From the NCBI GenBank assembly GCA_964016885.1, contig OZ024742.1:372868001-372932000 (forward strand): DNA of 64,000 nt. The letters run 5' to 3'. The translations under genes were made by a program, and so were the position numbers. Every line of letters begins with the position of its first letter. The stretch's first letter is position 1. The stretch is from Eledone cirrhosa (lineage: Eukaryota). Positions 45,601 through 59,980 of this stretch are shown here, piece after piece. A model generated the notes under the pieces. The model saw nothing but the letters and a program-made list of their open reading frames with translations. It did not search any database and was not told the DNA's origin.

Positions 45601-48600
45601 TGTAAATCTCATTCTATATAAACTGTAAATCTCATTCTATAAACTGTAGATCTCTTTCTATATAAACTGTAAATCTCATTCTATATAAACTGTAAATCTC
45701 TTTCTATATAAACTGTAAATTTCATTCTATAAACTGTAAATCTCTTTCTATATAAACTGTAAATCTCATTCTATATAAACTGTAAATCTCTTTCTATATA
45801 AACTGTAAATCTCATTCTATATAAACTGTAAATCTCATTCTATAAACTGTAAATCTCTTTCTATATAAACTGTAAATCTCATTCTATATAAGCTGTAAAT
45901 CTCATTCTATTAACTGTAAATCTCTTTCTATATAAACTGTAAATCTCATTCTATATAAACTCTATATATCATTCTATAAACTGTAAATCTCAGTCTATAA
46001 ACTGTAAATCTCTTTCTATATAAACTGTAAATCTCTTTCTATATGAACTGTAAATCTCTTTCTATATAAACTGTAAATCTCATTCTATGTAAGCTGTAAA
46101 TCTCATTCTATGAACTGGAAATCTCTTTCTATATAAACTGTAAATCTCATTCTATGTAAACTGTAAATCTCATTCTATATAAACTGTAAATCTCTTTCTA
46201 TATAAACTGTAAATCTCATTCTATATAAACTGTAAATCTCTTTCTATATAAACTGTAAATCTCATTCTATATAAACTGTAAATCCCATTCTATAAACTGT
46301 AAATCCCTTTCTATATAACCTGTAAATCTCTTTCTATAGAAACTGTAAATCTCATGCTATAAACGGTAAATCTCATTCTATATAAACTGTAAATCTCATT
46401 CTATATAAACTCTGAATCTGATTCTATATAAACTGTAACTCTCATTTTATATAAACTGTGAATCTCATTCTATATAAACTGTATATCTCATTCTATATAA
46501 ACTGTAAATCTCATTCGATAAACTGTAAATCTCTTTTTATATAAAATGTAAATCTCATTCTATAAACTGTAAATCTCTTTCTATATAAACTGTAAATCTC
46601 ATTCTATATAAACTGTAAATCTCTTTCTATATAAACTGTAAATCTCATGCTATAAACTGAAAATCTCATTCTATATAAACTGTAAATCTCTTTCTATATA
46701 AACTCTGAATCTGATTCTATATAAACTGTAACTCTCATTTCATATAAACTGCGAATCTCATTCTATATAAACTGTATATCTCATTCTATATAAACTGTAA
46801 ATCTCATTCGATAAACTGTAAATCTCTTTTTATATAAACTGTAAATCTCATTCTATATAAACTGTAAATCTCATTCTATATAAAATGTAAATCTCATTCT
46901 ATAAACTGTAAATCTCTTTCTATATAAACTGTAAATCTCATTCTATATAAACTGTAAATCTCTTTCTATATAAACTGTAAATTTCATTCTATAAACTCTA
47001 AATCTCTTTCTATATAAACTGTAAATCTCATTCTATATAAACTGTAAATCTCTTTCTATATAAGCTGTAAATCTCATTCTATATAAACTGAATCTCATTC
47101 TATATAAACTGTAAATCTCTTTCTATATAAACTGTAAATCTCATTCTACATAAACTGTAAATCTCATTCTATATAAACTGTATATATCATTCTATAAACT
47201 GTAAATCTCAGTCTATAAACTGTAAATCTCAGTCTATAAACTGTAAATCTCTTTCTATATATACTGTAAATCTCTTTCTATATAAACTGTAAATTTCATT
47301 CTATAAACTCTAAATCTCTTTCTATATAAACTGTAAATCTCATTCTATATAAACTGTAAATCTCTTTCTATATAAACTGTAAATCTCATTCTATATAAAC
47401 TGTAAATCTCTTTCAATATAAACTGTAAATCTCATTCTATATAAACTGTGAATCTCATTCTATATAAACTGTAAATCTCATTCTATAAACTGTAAATCTC
47501 TTTCTATATAAACTGTAAATCTCATTCTATATAAGCTGTAAATCTCATTCTATTAACTGTAAATCTCTTTCTATATAAACTGTAAATCTCATTCTATATA
47601 AACTGTATATATCATTCTATAAAGTGTAAATCTCAGTCTATAAACTGTAAATCTCTTTCTATATAAACTGTAAATCTCTTTCTATATGAACTGTAATTCT
47701 CTTTCTATATAAACTGTAAATTTCATTCTATAAACTCTAAATCTCTTTCTATATAAACTGTAAATCTCATTCTATATAAACTGTAAATCTCTTTCTATAT
47801 AAACTGTAAATCTCATTCTATATAAACTGTAAATCTCTTTCTATATAAACTGTAAATCTCATTCTATATAAACTGTAAATCTCATTCTATAAACTGTAAA
47901 TCTCTTTCTATATAAACTGTAAATCTCATTCTATATAAGCTGTAAATCTCATTCTATGAACTGTAAATCTCTTTCTATATAAACTGTAAATCTCATTCTA
48001 CATAAACTGTAAATCTCATTCTATAAACTGTAAATCTCATTCTATATAAACTGTAAATCTCATTCTATATAAACTGTAAATCTCTTTCTATATAAACTGT
48101 AAATTTCATTCTATAAACTGTAAATCTCTTTCTATATAAACTGTAAACCTCATTCTATATAAACTGTAAATCTAATTCTATATAAACTGTAAATCTCATT
48201 CTATAAACTGTAAATCTCTTTCTATATAAACTGTAAATCTCTTTCTATATGAACTGTAAATTTCTTTCTATATAAACTGTAAATCTCATTCTATATAAGC
48301 TGTAAATCTCATTCTATGAACTGTTAATATCTTTCTATATAAACTGTAAATCTCATTCTACATAAACTGTAAATCTCATTCTATAAACTGTAAATCTCTT
48401 TCTATATAAACTGTAAATCTCATTCTATATAAACTGTAAATCTCTTTCTATATAAACTGTAAATTTCATTCTATAAACTGTAAATCTCTTTCTATATAAA
48501 CTGTAAATCTCATTCTATATAAACTGTAAATCTCATTCTATATAAGCTGTAAATCTCATTCTATTAACTGTAAATCTCTTTCTATATAAACTGTAAATCT

Positions 48601-48900
48601 CATTCTATATAAACTGTATATATCATTCTATAAACTGTAAATCTCAGTCTATAAACTGTAAATCTCTTTCTCTATAAACTGTAAATCTCTTTCTATATGA
48701 ACTGTAAATCTCTTTCTATATAAACTGTAAATCTCATTCTATGTAAGCTGTAAATCTCATTCTATGAACTGTAAATCTCATCTATATAAACTGTAAATCT
48801 CATTCTATATAAACTGTAAATCTCATTCTATGAACTGTAAATCTCTTTCTATATAAACTGTAAATCTCATTCTATATAAACTGTAAATCTCTTTCTATAT
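35950..48900. repeat. About 6.4-6.6-kb tandem duplication (2 diverged copies)
   Basis: aaacggt 36383/42767, 37620/44050 and 39755/46364; ttcaatat 40805/47414 (offset 6609); gttaatatc 41737/48323 (offset 6586). Confidence 0.82.
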
Positions 48901-51900
48901 AAACTGTAAATCTCATTCTATATAAACTGTGAATCTCATTCTATAAACTGTAAATCTCTTTCTATATAAACTGTAAATATCATTCTATATACACTGTAAA
49001 TCTCTTTCCATATAAACTGTAAATCCCATTCTATATAAACTGTATATATCATTCTATAAACTGTAAATCTCATTCTATATAAACTGTAAATCTCTTTCTG
49101 TATAAACTGTAAATCTCATTCTATATAAACTGTAAATCTCTTTCTATATAAACTGTAAATTTCATTCTATAAACTGTAAATCTCATTCTATATACACTGT
49201 AAATCTCTTTCTATATAAACTGTAAATCTCATTCTATATAAACTGTAAATCTCATTCTATAAACTGTAAATCCCTTTCCATATAAACTGTAAATCTCATT
49301 CTATATAAGCTGTAAATCTCATTCTATAAACTGTACATCTCTTTCTATATAAACTGTAAATCCCATTCTATATAAACTGTATATATCATTCTATAAACTG
49401 TAAATCTCATTCTATATACTGTAAATCTCTTTCTATATAAACTGTAAATCTAATTCTATATTAACTGTAAATCTGATTCTATAAACTGTAAATCTCTTTC
49501 TATATAAACTGTAAATCTCACTCTATATAAACTGTAATTCTCTTTCTATATAAACTGTAAATCTCGTTCTATATAAGCTGTAAATCTCATTCTATAAACT
49601 GTAAATCTCTTTCTATATAAACTGTAAATCCCATTCTATATAAACTGTATATATCATTCTATAAACTGTGAATCACATTCTATAAACTGTAAATCTCTTT
49701 CTATATAAACTGTAAATCTCATTCTATATAAACTGTAAATCTATTTCTATATGAACTGTAAATCTCATTCTATATAAATTGTAAATCTCATTCTATAAAC
49801 TGTGAATCTCATTCTATATAAACTGTAAATCTCATTCTATAAACTGTAAATCTCATTCTATGAACTGTAAATCTCTTTCTATATAAACTGTAAATCTCAT
49901 TCTATATAAACTGTAAATCTCATTCTATAAACTGTAAATCTCTTTCTGTATAAACTGTAAATCTCATTCTATATAAACTGTAAATCTCTTTCTATATAAA
50001 CTGTAAATTTCATTCTATAAACTGTAAATCTCATTCTATATAAACTGTAAATCTCATTCTATAAACTGTAAATCTCATTCTATATAAACTGTAAATCTCT
50101 TTCTATATAAGCTGTAAATCTCTTTCTATATAACCTGTAAATCTCTTTCTATATAAACTGTTAATCTCATGCTATAAACTGTAAATCTCATTCTATATAA
50201 ACTGTAAATCTCTTTCTATATAACCTGTAAATCTCTTTCTATATAACCTGTAAATCTCTTTCTATATAAACTGTAAATCTCATGCTATAGACTGTAAATC
50301 TCATTCTATATGAACTGTAAATCTCTTTCTATATAAACTGTAAATCTCATTCTATATAATCTGTAAATCTCATTCGATAAACTGTAAATCTCTTTTTATA
50401 TAAACAGTAAATCTCATTCTATATAAACTGTAAATCTCATTCTATGAACTGTAAATCTCTTTCTATATAAACTGTAAATCTCATTCTATATAAAATGTAA
50501 ATCTCATTCTATAAACTGTAAATCTCTTTCTATATAAACTGTAAATCTCATTCTATATACACTGTAAATCTCTTTCTATATAAACTGTAAATTTCATTCT
50601 ATAAAATCTAAATCTCTTTCTATATAAACTGTAAATCTCATTCTATATAAACTGTAAATCTCTTTCTATATAAATGTAAATCTCATTCTATATAAACTGA
50701 ATCTCATTCTATATAAACTGTAAATCTCTTTCTATATAAACTGTAAATCTCATTCTATATAAACTGTAAATCTCATTCTATATAAACTGTAAATCTCATT
50801 CTATAAACTGTAAATCTCTTTCTATATAAACTGTAAATCTCATTCTATATAAGCTGTAAATCTCATTCTATTAACTGTAAATCTCATTCTATATAAACTG
50901 TAAATCTCATTCTATATAAACTGTATATATCATTCTATAAACTGTAAATCTCAGTCTATAAACTGTAAATCTCTTTCTATATAAACTGTAAATCTCTTTC
51001 TATATGAACTGTAAATCTCTTTCTATATAAACTGTAAATCTCATTCTATATAAGCTGTAAATCTCATTCTATGAACTGTAAATCTCTTTCTATATAAACT
51101 GTAAATCTCATTCTATATAAACTGTAAATCTCATTCTATAAACTGTAAATCTCTTTCTATATAAACTGTAAATCTCATTCTATATAAGCTGTAAATCTCA
51201 TTCTATTAACTGTAAATCTCTTTCTATATAAACTGTAAATCTCATTCTATATAAACTGTATATATCATTCTATAAAGTGTAAATCTCAGTCTATAAACTT
51301 TAAATCTCTTTCTATATAAACTGTAAATCTCTTTCTATATGAACTGTAAATCTCTTTCTATATAAACTGTAAATCTCATTCTATATAAGCTGTAAATCTC
51401 ATTCTATGAACTGTAAATCTCTTTCTATATAAACTGTAAATCTCAATCTATATAAACTGTAAATCTCTTTCTATATAAACTGTAAATCTCATTCTATATA
51501 AACTGTGAATCTCATTCTATAAACTGTAAATCTCTTTCTATATAAACTGTAAATATCATTCTATATACACTGTAAATCTCTTTCCATATAAACTGTAAAT
51601 CCCATTCTATATAAACTGTATATATCATTCTATAAACTGTAAATCACATTCTATAAACTGTAAATCTCTTTCTATATAAACTGTAAATCTCATTCTATAT
51701 AAACTGTAAATCTCTTTCTATATGAACTGTAAATCTCATTCTATATAACTTGTAAATCTCATTCTATAAACTGTGAATCTCATTCTATATAAACTGTAAG
51801 TCTCATTCTATAAACTGCAAATCTCATTCTATGAACTGTAAATCTCTTTCTATATAAACTGTAAATCTCATTCTATATAAAATGTAAATCTCATTCTATA

Positions 51901-53950
51901 AACTGTAAATCTCTTTCTGTATAAACTGTAAATCTCATTCTATATAAACTGTAAATCTCTTTCTATATAAACTGTAAATTTCATTCTATAAACTGTAAAT
52001 CTCATTCTATATACACTGTAAATCTCTTTCTATATAAACTGTAAATCTCATTCTATATAAACTGTAAATCTCATTCTATAAACTGTAAATCCCTTTCCAT
52101 ATAAACTGTAAATCTCATTCTATATAAGCTGTAAATCTCATTCTATAAACTGTACATCTCTTTCTATATAAACTGTAAATCCCATTCTATATAAACTGTA
52201 TATATCATTCTATAAACTGTAAATCTCATTCTATATACTGTAAATCTCTTTCTATATAAGCTGTAAATCTAATTCTATATTAACTGTAAATCTGATTCTA
52301 TAAACTGTAAATCTCTTTCTATATAAACTGTAAATCTCACTCTATATAAACTGTAATTCTCTTTCTATATAAACTGTAAATCTCGTTCTATAAACTGTAA
52401 ATCTCTTTCTATATAAACTGTAAATCCCATTCTATATAAACTGTATATATCATTCTATAAACTGTGAATCACATTCTATAAACTGTAAATCTCTTTCTAT
52501 ATAAACTGTAAATCTCATTCTATATAAACTGTAAATCTATTTCTATATGAACTGTAAATCTCATTCTATATAAATTGTAAATCTCATTCTATAAACTGTG
52601 AATCTCATTCTATATAAACTGTAAATCTCATTCTATAAACTGTAAATCTCATTCTATGAACTGTAAATCTCTTTCTATATAAACTGTAAATCTCATTCTA
52701 TATAAACTGTAAATCTCATTCTATAAACTGTAAATCTCATTCTGTATAAACTGTAAATCTCATTCTATATAAACTGTAAATCTCTTTCTATATAAACTGT
52801 AAATTTCATTCTATAAACTGTAAATCTCATTCTATATAAACTATAAATCTCATTCTATAAACTGTAAATCTCATTCTATATAAACTGTAAATCTCTTTCT
52901 ATATAACCTGTAAATCTCTTTCTATATAACCTGTAAATCTCTTTCTATATAAACTGTTAATCTCATGCTATAAACTGTAAATCTCATTCTATATAAACTG
53001 TAAATCTCTTTCTATATAACCTGTAAATCTCTTTCTATATAACCTGTAAATCTCTTTCTATATAAACTGTAAATCTCATGCTATAGACTGTAAATCTCAT
53101 TCTATATGAACTGTAAATCTCTTTCTATATAAACTGTAAATCTCATTCTATATAATCTGTAAATCTCATTCGATAAACTGTAAATCTCTTTTTATATAAA
53201 CAGTAAATCTCATTCTATATAAACTGTAAATCTCATTCTATGAACTGTAAATCTCTTTCTATATAAACTGTAAATCTCATTCTATATAAAATGTAAATCT
53301 CATTCTATAAACTGTAAATCTCTTTCTATATAAACTGTAAATCTCATTCTATATACACTGTAAATCTCTTTCTATATAAACTGTAAATTTCATTCTATAA
53401 ACTCTAAATCTCTTTCTATATAAACTGTAAATCTCATTCTATATAAACTGTAAATCTCTTTCTATATAAATGTAAATCTCATTCTATATAAACTGAATCT
53501 CATTCTATATAAACTGTAAATCTCTTTCTATATAAACTGTAAATCTCATTCTATATAAACTGTAAATCTCATTCTATATAAACTGTAAATCTCATTCTAT
53601 AAACTGTAAATCTCTTTCTATATAAACTGTAAATCTTATTCTATATAAGCTGTAAATCTCATTCTATTAACTGTAAATCTCATTCTATATAAACTGTAAA
53701 TCTCATTCTATATAAACTGTATATATCATTCTATAAACTGTAAATCTCAGTCTATAAACTGTAAATCTCTTTCTATATAAACTGTAAATCTCTTTCTATA
53801 TGAACTGTAAATCTCTTTCTATATAAACTGTAAATCTCATTCTATATAAGCTGTAAATCTCATTCTATGAACTGTAAATCTCTTTCTATATAAACTGTAA
53901 ATCTCATTCTATATAAACTGTAAATCTCATTCTATAAACTGTAAATCTCT
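48850..53950. repeat. About 2.8-kb duplication
   Basis: gtgaatcac 49668/52464 and aaacagt 50405/53201 (offset 2796). Confidence 0.85.
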
Positions 53951-56120
53951 TTCTATATAAACTGTAAATCTCATTCTATATAAACTGTAAATCTCTTTCT
54001 ATATAAACTGTAAATTTCATTCTATAAACTGTAAATCTCTTTCTATATAAACTGTAAATCTCATTCTATATAAAGTGTAAATCTCTTTCTATATAAACTG
54101 TAAATCTCATTCTATATAAACTGTAAATCTCATTCTATAAACTGTAAATCTCTTTCTATATAAACTGTAAATCTCATTCTATATAAGCTGTAAATCTCAT
54201 TCTATTAACTGTAAATCTCTTTCTATATAAACTGTAAATCTCATTCTATATAAACTCTATATATCATTCTATAAACTGTAAATCTCAGTCTATAAACTGT
54301 AAATCTCTTTCTATATAAACTGTAAATCTCTTTCTATATGAACTGTAAATCTCATTCTATAAACTGTGAATCTCATTCTATATAAACTGTAAATCTCATT
54401 CTATAAACTGTAAATCTCATTCTATGAACTGTAAATCTCTTTCTATATAAACTGTAAATCTCATTCTATATAAACTGTAAATCTCATTCTATAAACTGTA
54501 AATCTCTTTCTGTATAAACTGTAAATCTCATTCTATATAAACTGTAAATCTCTTTCTATATAAACTGTAAATTTCATTCTATAAACTGTAAATCTCATTC
54601 TATATAAACTGTAAATCTCATTCTATAAACTGTAAATCTCATTCTATATAAACTGTAAATCTCTTTCTATATAACCTGTAAATCTCTTTCTATATAACCT
54701 GTAAATCTCTTTCTATATAAACTGTTAATCTCATGCTATAAACTGTAAATCTCATTCTATATAAACTGTAAATCTCTTTCTATATAACCTGTAAATCTCT
54801 TTCTATATAACCTGTAAATCTCTTTCTATATAAACTGTAAATCTCATGCTATAGACTGTAAATCTCATTCTATATGAACTGTAAATCTCTTTCTATATAA
54901 ACTGTAAATCTCATTCTATATAATCTGTAAATCTCATTCGATAAACTGTAAATCTCTTTTTATATAAACAGTAAATCTCATTCTATATAAACTGTAAATC
55001 TCATTCTATGAACTGTAAATCTCTTTCTATATAAACTGTAAATCTCATTCTATATAAAATGTAAATCTCATTCTATAAACTGTAAATCTCTTTCTATATA
55101 AACTGTAAATCTCATTCTATATACACTGTAAATCTCTTTCTATATAAACTGTAAATTTCATTCTATAAACTCTAAATCTCTTTCTATATAAACTGTAAAT
55201 CTCATTCTATATAAACTGTAAATCTCTTTCTATATAAATGTAAATCTCATTCTATATAAACTGAATCTCATTCTATATAAACTGTAAATCTCTTTCTATA
55301 TAAACTGTAAATCTCATTCTATATAAACTGTAAATCTCATTCTATATAAACTGTAAATCTCATTCTATAAACTGTAAATCTCTTTCTATATAAACTGTAA
55401 ATCTTATTCTATATAAGCTGTAAATCTCATTCTATTAACTGTAAATCTCATTCTATATAAACTGTAAATCTCATTCTATATAAACTGTATATATCATTCT
55501 ATAAACTGTAAATCTCAGTCTATAAACTGTAAATCTCTTTCTATATAAACTGTAAATCTCTTTCTATATGAACTGTAAATCTCTTTCTATATAAACTGTA
55601 AATCTCATTCTATATAAGCTGTAAATCTCATTCTATGAACTGTAAATCTCTTTCTATATAAACTGTAAATCTCATTCTATATAAACTGTAAATCTCATTC
55701 TATAAACTGTAAATCTCTTTCTATATAAACTGTAAATCTCATTCTATATAAACTGTAAATCTCTTTCTATATAAACTGTAAATTTCATTCTATAAACTGT
55801 AAATCTCTTTCTATATAAACTGTAAATCTCATTCTATATAAAGTGTAAATCTCTTTCTATATAAACTGTAAATCTCATTCTATATAAACTGTAAATCTCA
55901 TTCTATAAACTGTAAATCTCTTTCTATATAAACTGTAAATCTCATTCTATATAAGCTGTAAATCTCATTCTATTAACTGTAAATCTCTTTCTATATAAAC
56001 TGTAAATCTCATTCTATATAAACTCTATATATCATTCTATAAACTGTAAATCTCAGTCTATAAACTGTAAATCTCTTTCTATATAAACTGTAAATCTCTT
56101 TCTATATGAACTGTAAATCT
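52575..56120. repeat. 1768-bp tandem duplication
   Basis: aaacagt 53201/54969; aaagtgtaaatctctt 54075/55843. Confidence 0.9.
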
Positions 56121-59100
56121 CTTTCTATATAAACTGTAAATCTCATTCTATGTAAGCTGTAAATCTCATTCTATGAACTGGAAATCTCTTTCTATATAAA
56201 CTGTAAATCTCATTCTATGTAAACTGTAAATCTCATTCTATATAAACTGTAAATCTCTTTCTATATGAACTGTAAATCTCTTTCTATATAAACTGTAAAT
56301 CTCATTCTATGTAAGCTGTAAATCCCATTCTATAAACTGTAAATCTCTTTCTATATAACCTGTAAATCTCTTTCTATAGAAACCGTAAATCTCATTCTAT
56401 ATAAACTCTGAATCTGATTCTATATAAACTGTAACTCTCATTTTATATAAACTGTGAATCCCATTCTATATAAACTGTATATCTCATTCTATATAAACTG
56501 TAAATCTCATTCGATAAACTGTAAATCTCTTTTTATATAAAATGTAAATCTCATTCTATAAACTGTAAATCTCTTTCTATATAAACTGTAAATCTCATTC
56601 TATATAAACTGTAAATCTCTTTCTATATAAACTGTAAATATCATGCTATAAACTGAAAATCTCATTCTATATAAACTGTAAATCTCTTTCTATATAAACT
56701 CTGAATCTGATTCTATATAAACTGTAACTCTCATTTCATATAAACTGCGAATCTCATTCTATATAAACTGTATATCTCATTCTATATAAACTGTAAATCT
56801 CATTCGATAAACTGTAAATCTCTTTTTATATAAACTGTAAATCTCATTCTATATAAACTGTAAATCTCATTCTATATAAAATGTAAATCTCATTCTATAA
56901 ACTGTAAATCTCTTTCTATATAAACTGTAAATCTCATTCTATATAAACTGTAAATCTCTTTCTATATAAACTGTAAATTTCATTCTATAAACTCTAAATC
57001 TCTTTCTATATAAACTGTAAATCTCATTCTATATAAACTGTAAATCTCTTTCTATATAAACTGTAAATCTCATTCTATATAAACTGAATCTCATTCTATA
57101 TAAACTGTAAATCTCTTTCTATATAAACTGTAAATCTCATTCTATATAAACTGTAAATCTCATTCTATATAAACTGTAAATCTCATTCTATAAACTGTAA
57201 ATCTCTTTCTATATAAACTGTAAATCTCATTCTATATAAGCTGTAAATCTCATTCTATTAACTGTAAATCTCATTCTATATAAACTGTAAATCTCATTCT
57301 ATATAAACTGTATATATCATTCTATGAACTGTAAATCTCAGTCTATAAACTGTAAATCTCAGTCTATAAACTGTAAATCTCTTTCTATATATACTGTAAA
57401 TCTCTTTCTATATAAACTGTAAATTTCATTCTATAAACTCTAAATCTCTTTCTATATAAACTGTAAATCTCATTCTATATAAACTGTAAATCTATTTCTA
57501 TATAAACTGTAAGTCTCATTCTATATAAGCTGTAAATCTCATTCTATGAACTGTAAATCTCTTTCTATATAAACTGTAAATCTCATTCTATATGAACTGT
57601 AAATCTCATTCTATAAACTGTAAATCTCTTTCTATATAAACTGTAAATCTCATTCTATATAAACTGTAAATCTCTTTCTATATAAACTGTAAATTTCATT
57701 CTATAAACTGTAAATCTCTTTCTATATAAACTGTAAATCTCATTCTATATAAACTGTAAATCTCTTTCTATATAAACTGTAAATCTCATTCTATATAAAC
57801 TGTGAATCTCATTCTATATAAACTGTAAATCTCTTTCTATATGAAATGTAAATCTCATTCTATATAAACTGTAAATCTCATTCTATATAAACTGTAAATC
57901 TCATTCTATATAAAGTGTAAATCTCTTTCTATATAAACTGTAAATCTCATTCTATATAAACTGTAAATCTCATTCTATAAACTGTAAATCTCTTTCTATA
58001 TAAACTGTAAATCTCATTCTATATAAGCTGTAAATCTCATTCTATTAACTGTAAATCTCTTTCTATATAAACTGTAAATCTCATTCTATATAAACTCTAT
58101 ATATCATTCTATAAACTGTAAATCTCAGTCTATAAACTGTAAATCTCTTTCTATATAAACTGTAAATCTCTTTCTATATGAACTGTAAATCTCTTTCTAT
58201 ATAAACTGTAAATCTCATTCTATGTAAGCTGTAAATCTCATTCTATGAACTGGAAATCTCTTTCTATATAAACTGTAAATCTCATTCTATGTAAACTGTA
58301 AATCTCATTCTATATAAACTGTAAATCTCTTTCTATATGAACTGTAAATCTCTTTCTATATAAACTGTAAATCTCATTCTATGTAAGCTGTAAATCCCAT
58401 TCTATAAACTGTAAATCTCTTTCTATATAACCTGTAAATCTCTTTCTATAGAAACCGTAAATCTCATTCTATATAAACTCTGAATCTGATTCTATATAAA
58501 CTGTAACTCTCATTTTATATAAACTGTGAATCCCATTCTATATAAACTGTATATCTCATTCTATATAAACTGTAAATCTCATTCGATAAACTGTAAATCT
58601 CTTTTTATATAAAATGTAAATCTCATTCTATAAACTGTAAATCTCTTTCTATATAAACTGTAAATCTCATTCTATATAAACTGTAAATCTCTTTCTATAT
58701 AAACTGTAAATATCATGCTATAAACTGAAAATCTCATTCTATATAAACTGTAAATCTCTTTCTATATAAACTCTGAATCTGATTCTATATAAACTGTAAC
58801 TCTCATTTCATATAAACTGCGAATCTCATTCTATATAAACTGTATATCTCATTCTATATAAACTGTAAATCTCATTCGATAAACTGTAAATCTCTTTTTA
58901 TATAAACTGTAAATCTCATTCTATATAAACTGTAAATCTCATTCTATATAAAATGTAAATCTCATTCTATAAACTGTAAATCTCTTTCTATATAAACTGT
59001 AAATCTCATTCTATATAAACTGTAAATCTCTTTCTATATAAACTGTAAATTTCATTCTATAAACTCTAAATCTCTTTCTATATAAACTGTAAATCTCATT

Positions 59101-59980
59101 CTATATAAACTGTAAATCTCTTTCTATATAAACTGTAAATCTCATTCTATATAAACTGAATCTCATTCTATATAAACTGTAAATCTCTTTCTATATAAAC
59201 TGTAAATCTCATTCTATATAAACTGTAAATCTCATTCTATATAAACTGTAAATCTCATTCTATAAACTGTAAATCTCTTTCTATATAAACTGTAAATCTC
59301 ATTCTATATAAGCTGTAAATCTCATTCTATTAACTGTAAATCTCATTCTATATAAACTGTAAATCTCATTCTATATAAACTGTATATATCATTCTATGAA
59401 CTGTAAATCTCAGTCTATAAACTGTAAATCTCAGTCTATAAACTGTAAATCTCTTTCTATATATACTGTAAATCTCTTTCTATATAAACTGTAAATTTCA
59501 TTCTATAAACTCTAAATCTCTTTCTATATAAACTGTAAATCTCATTCTATATAAACTGTAAATCTATTTCTATATAAACTGTAAGTCTCATTCTATATAA
59601 GCTGTAAATCTCATTCTATGAACTGTAAATCTCTTTCTATATAAACTGTAAATCTCATTCTATATGAACTGTAAATCTCATTCTATAAACTGTAAATCTC
59701 TTTCTATATAAACTGTAAATCTCATTCTATATAAACTGTAAATCTCTTTCTATATAAACTGTAAATTTCATTCTATAAACTGTAAATCTCTTTCTATATA
59801 AACTGTAAATCTCATTCTATATAAACTGTAAATCTCTTTCTATATAAACTGTAAATCTCATTCTATATAAACTGTGAATCTCATTCTATATAAACTGTAA
59901 ATCTCTTTCTATATGAAATGTAAATCTCATTCTATATAAACTGTAAATCTCATTCTATATAAACTGTAAATCTCATTCTA
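55820..59980. repeat. 2072-bp tandem duplication
   Basis: aaagtgt 55843/57915; gaaaccgt 56383/58455; aatatcatgc 56637/58709; gaaatgt 57843/59915. Confidence 0.92.
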
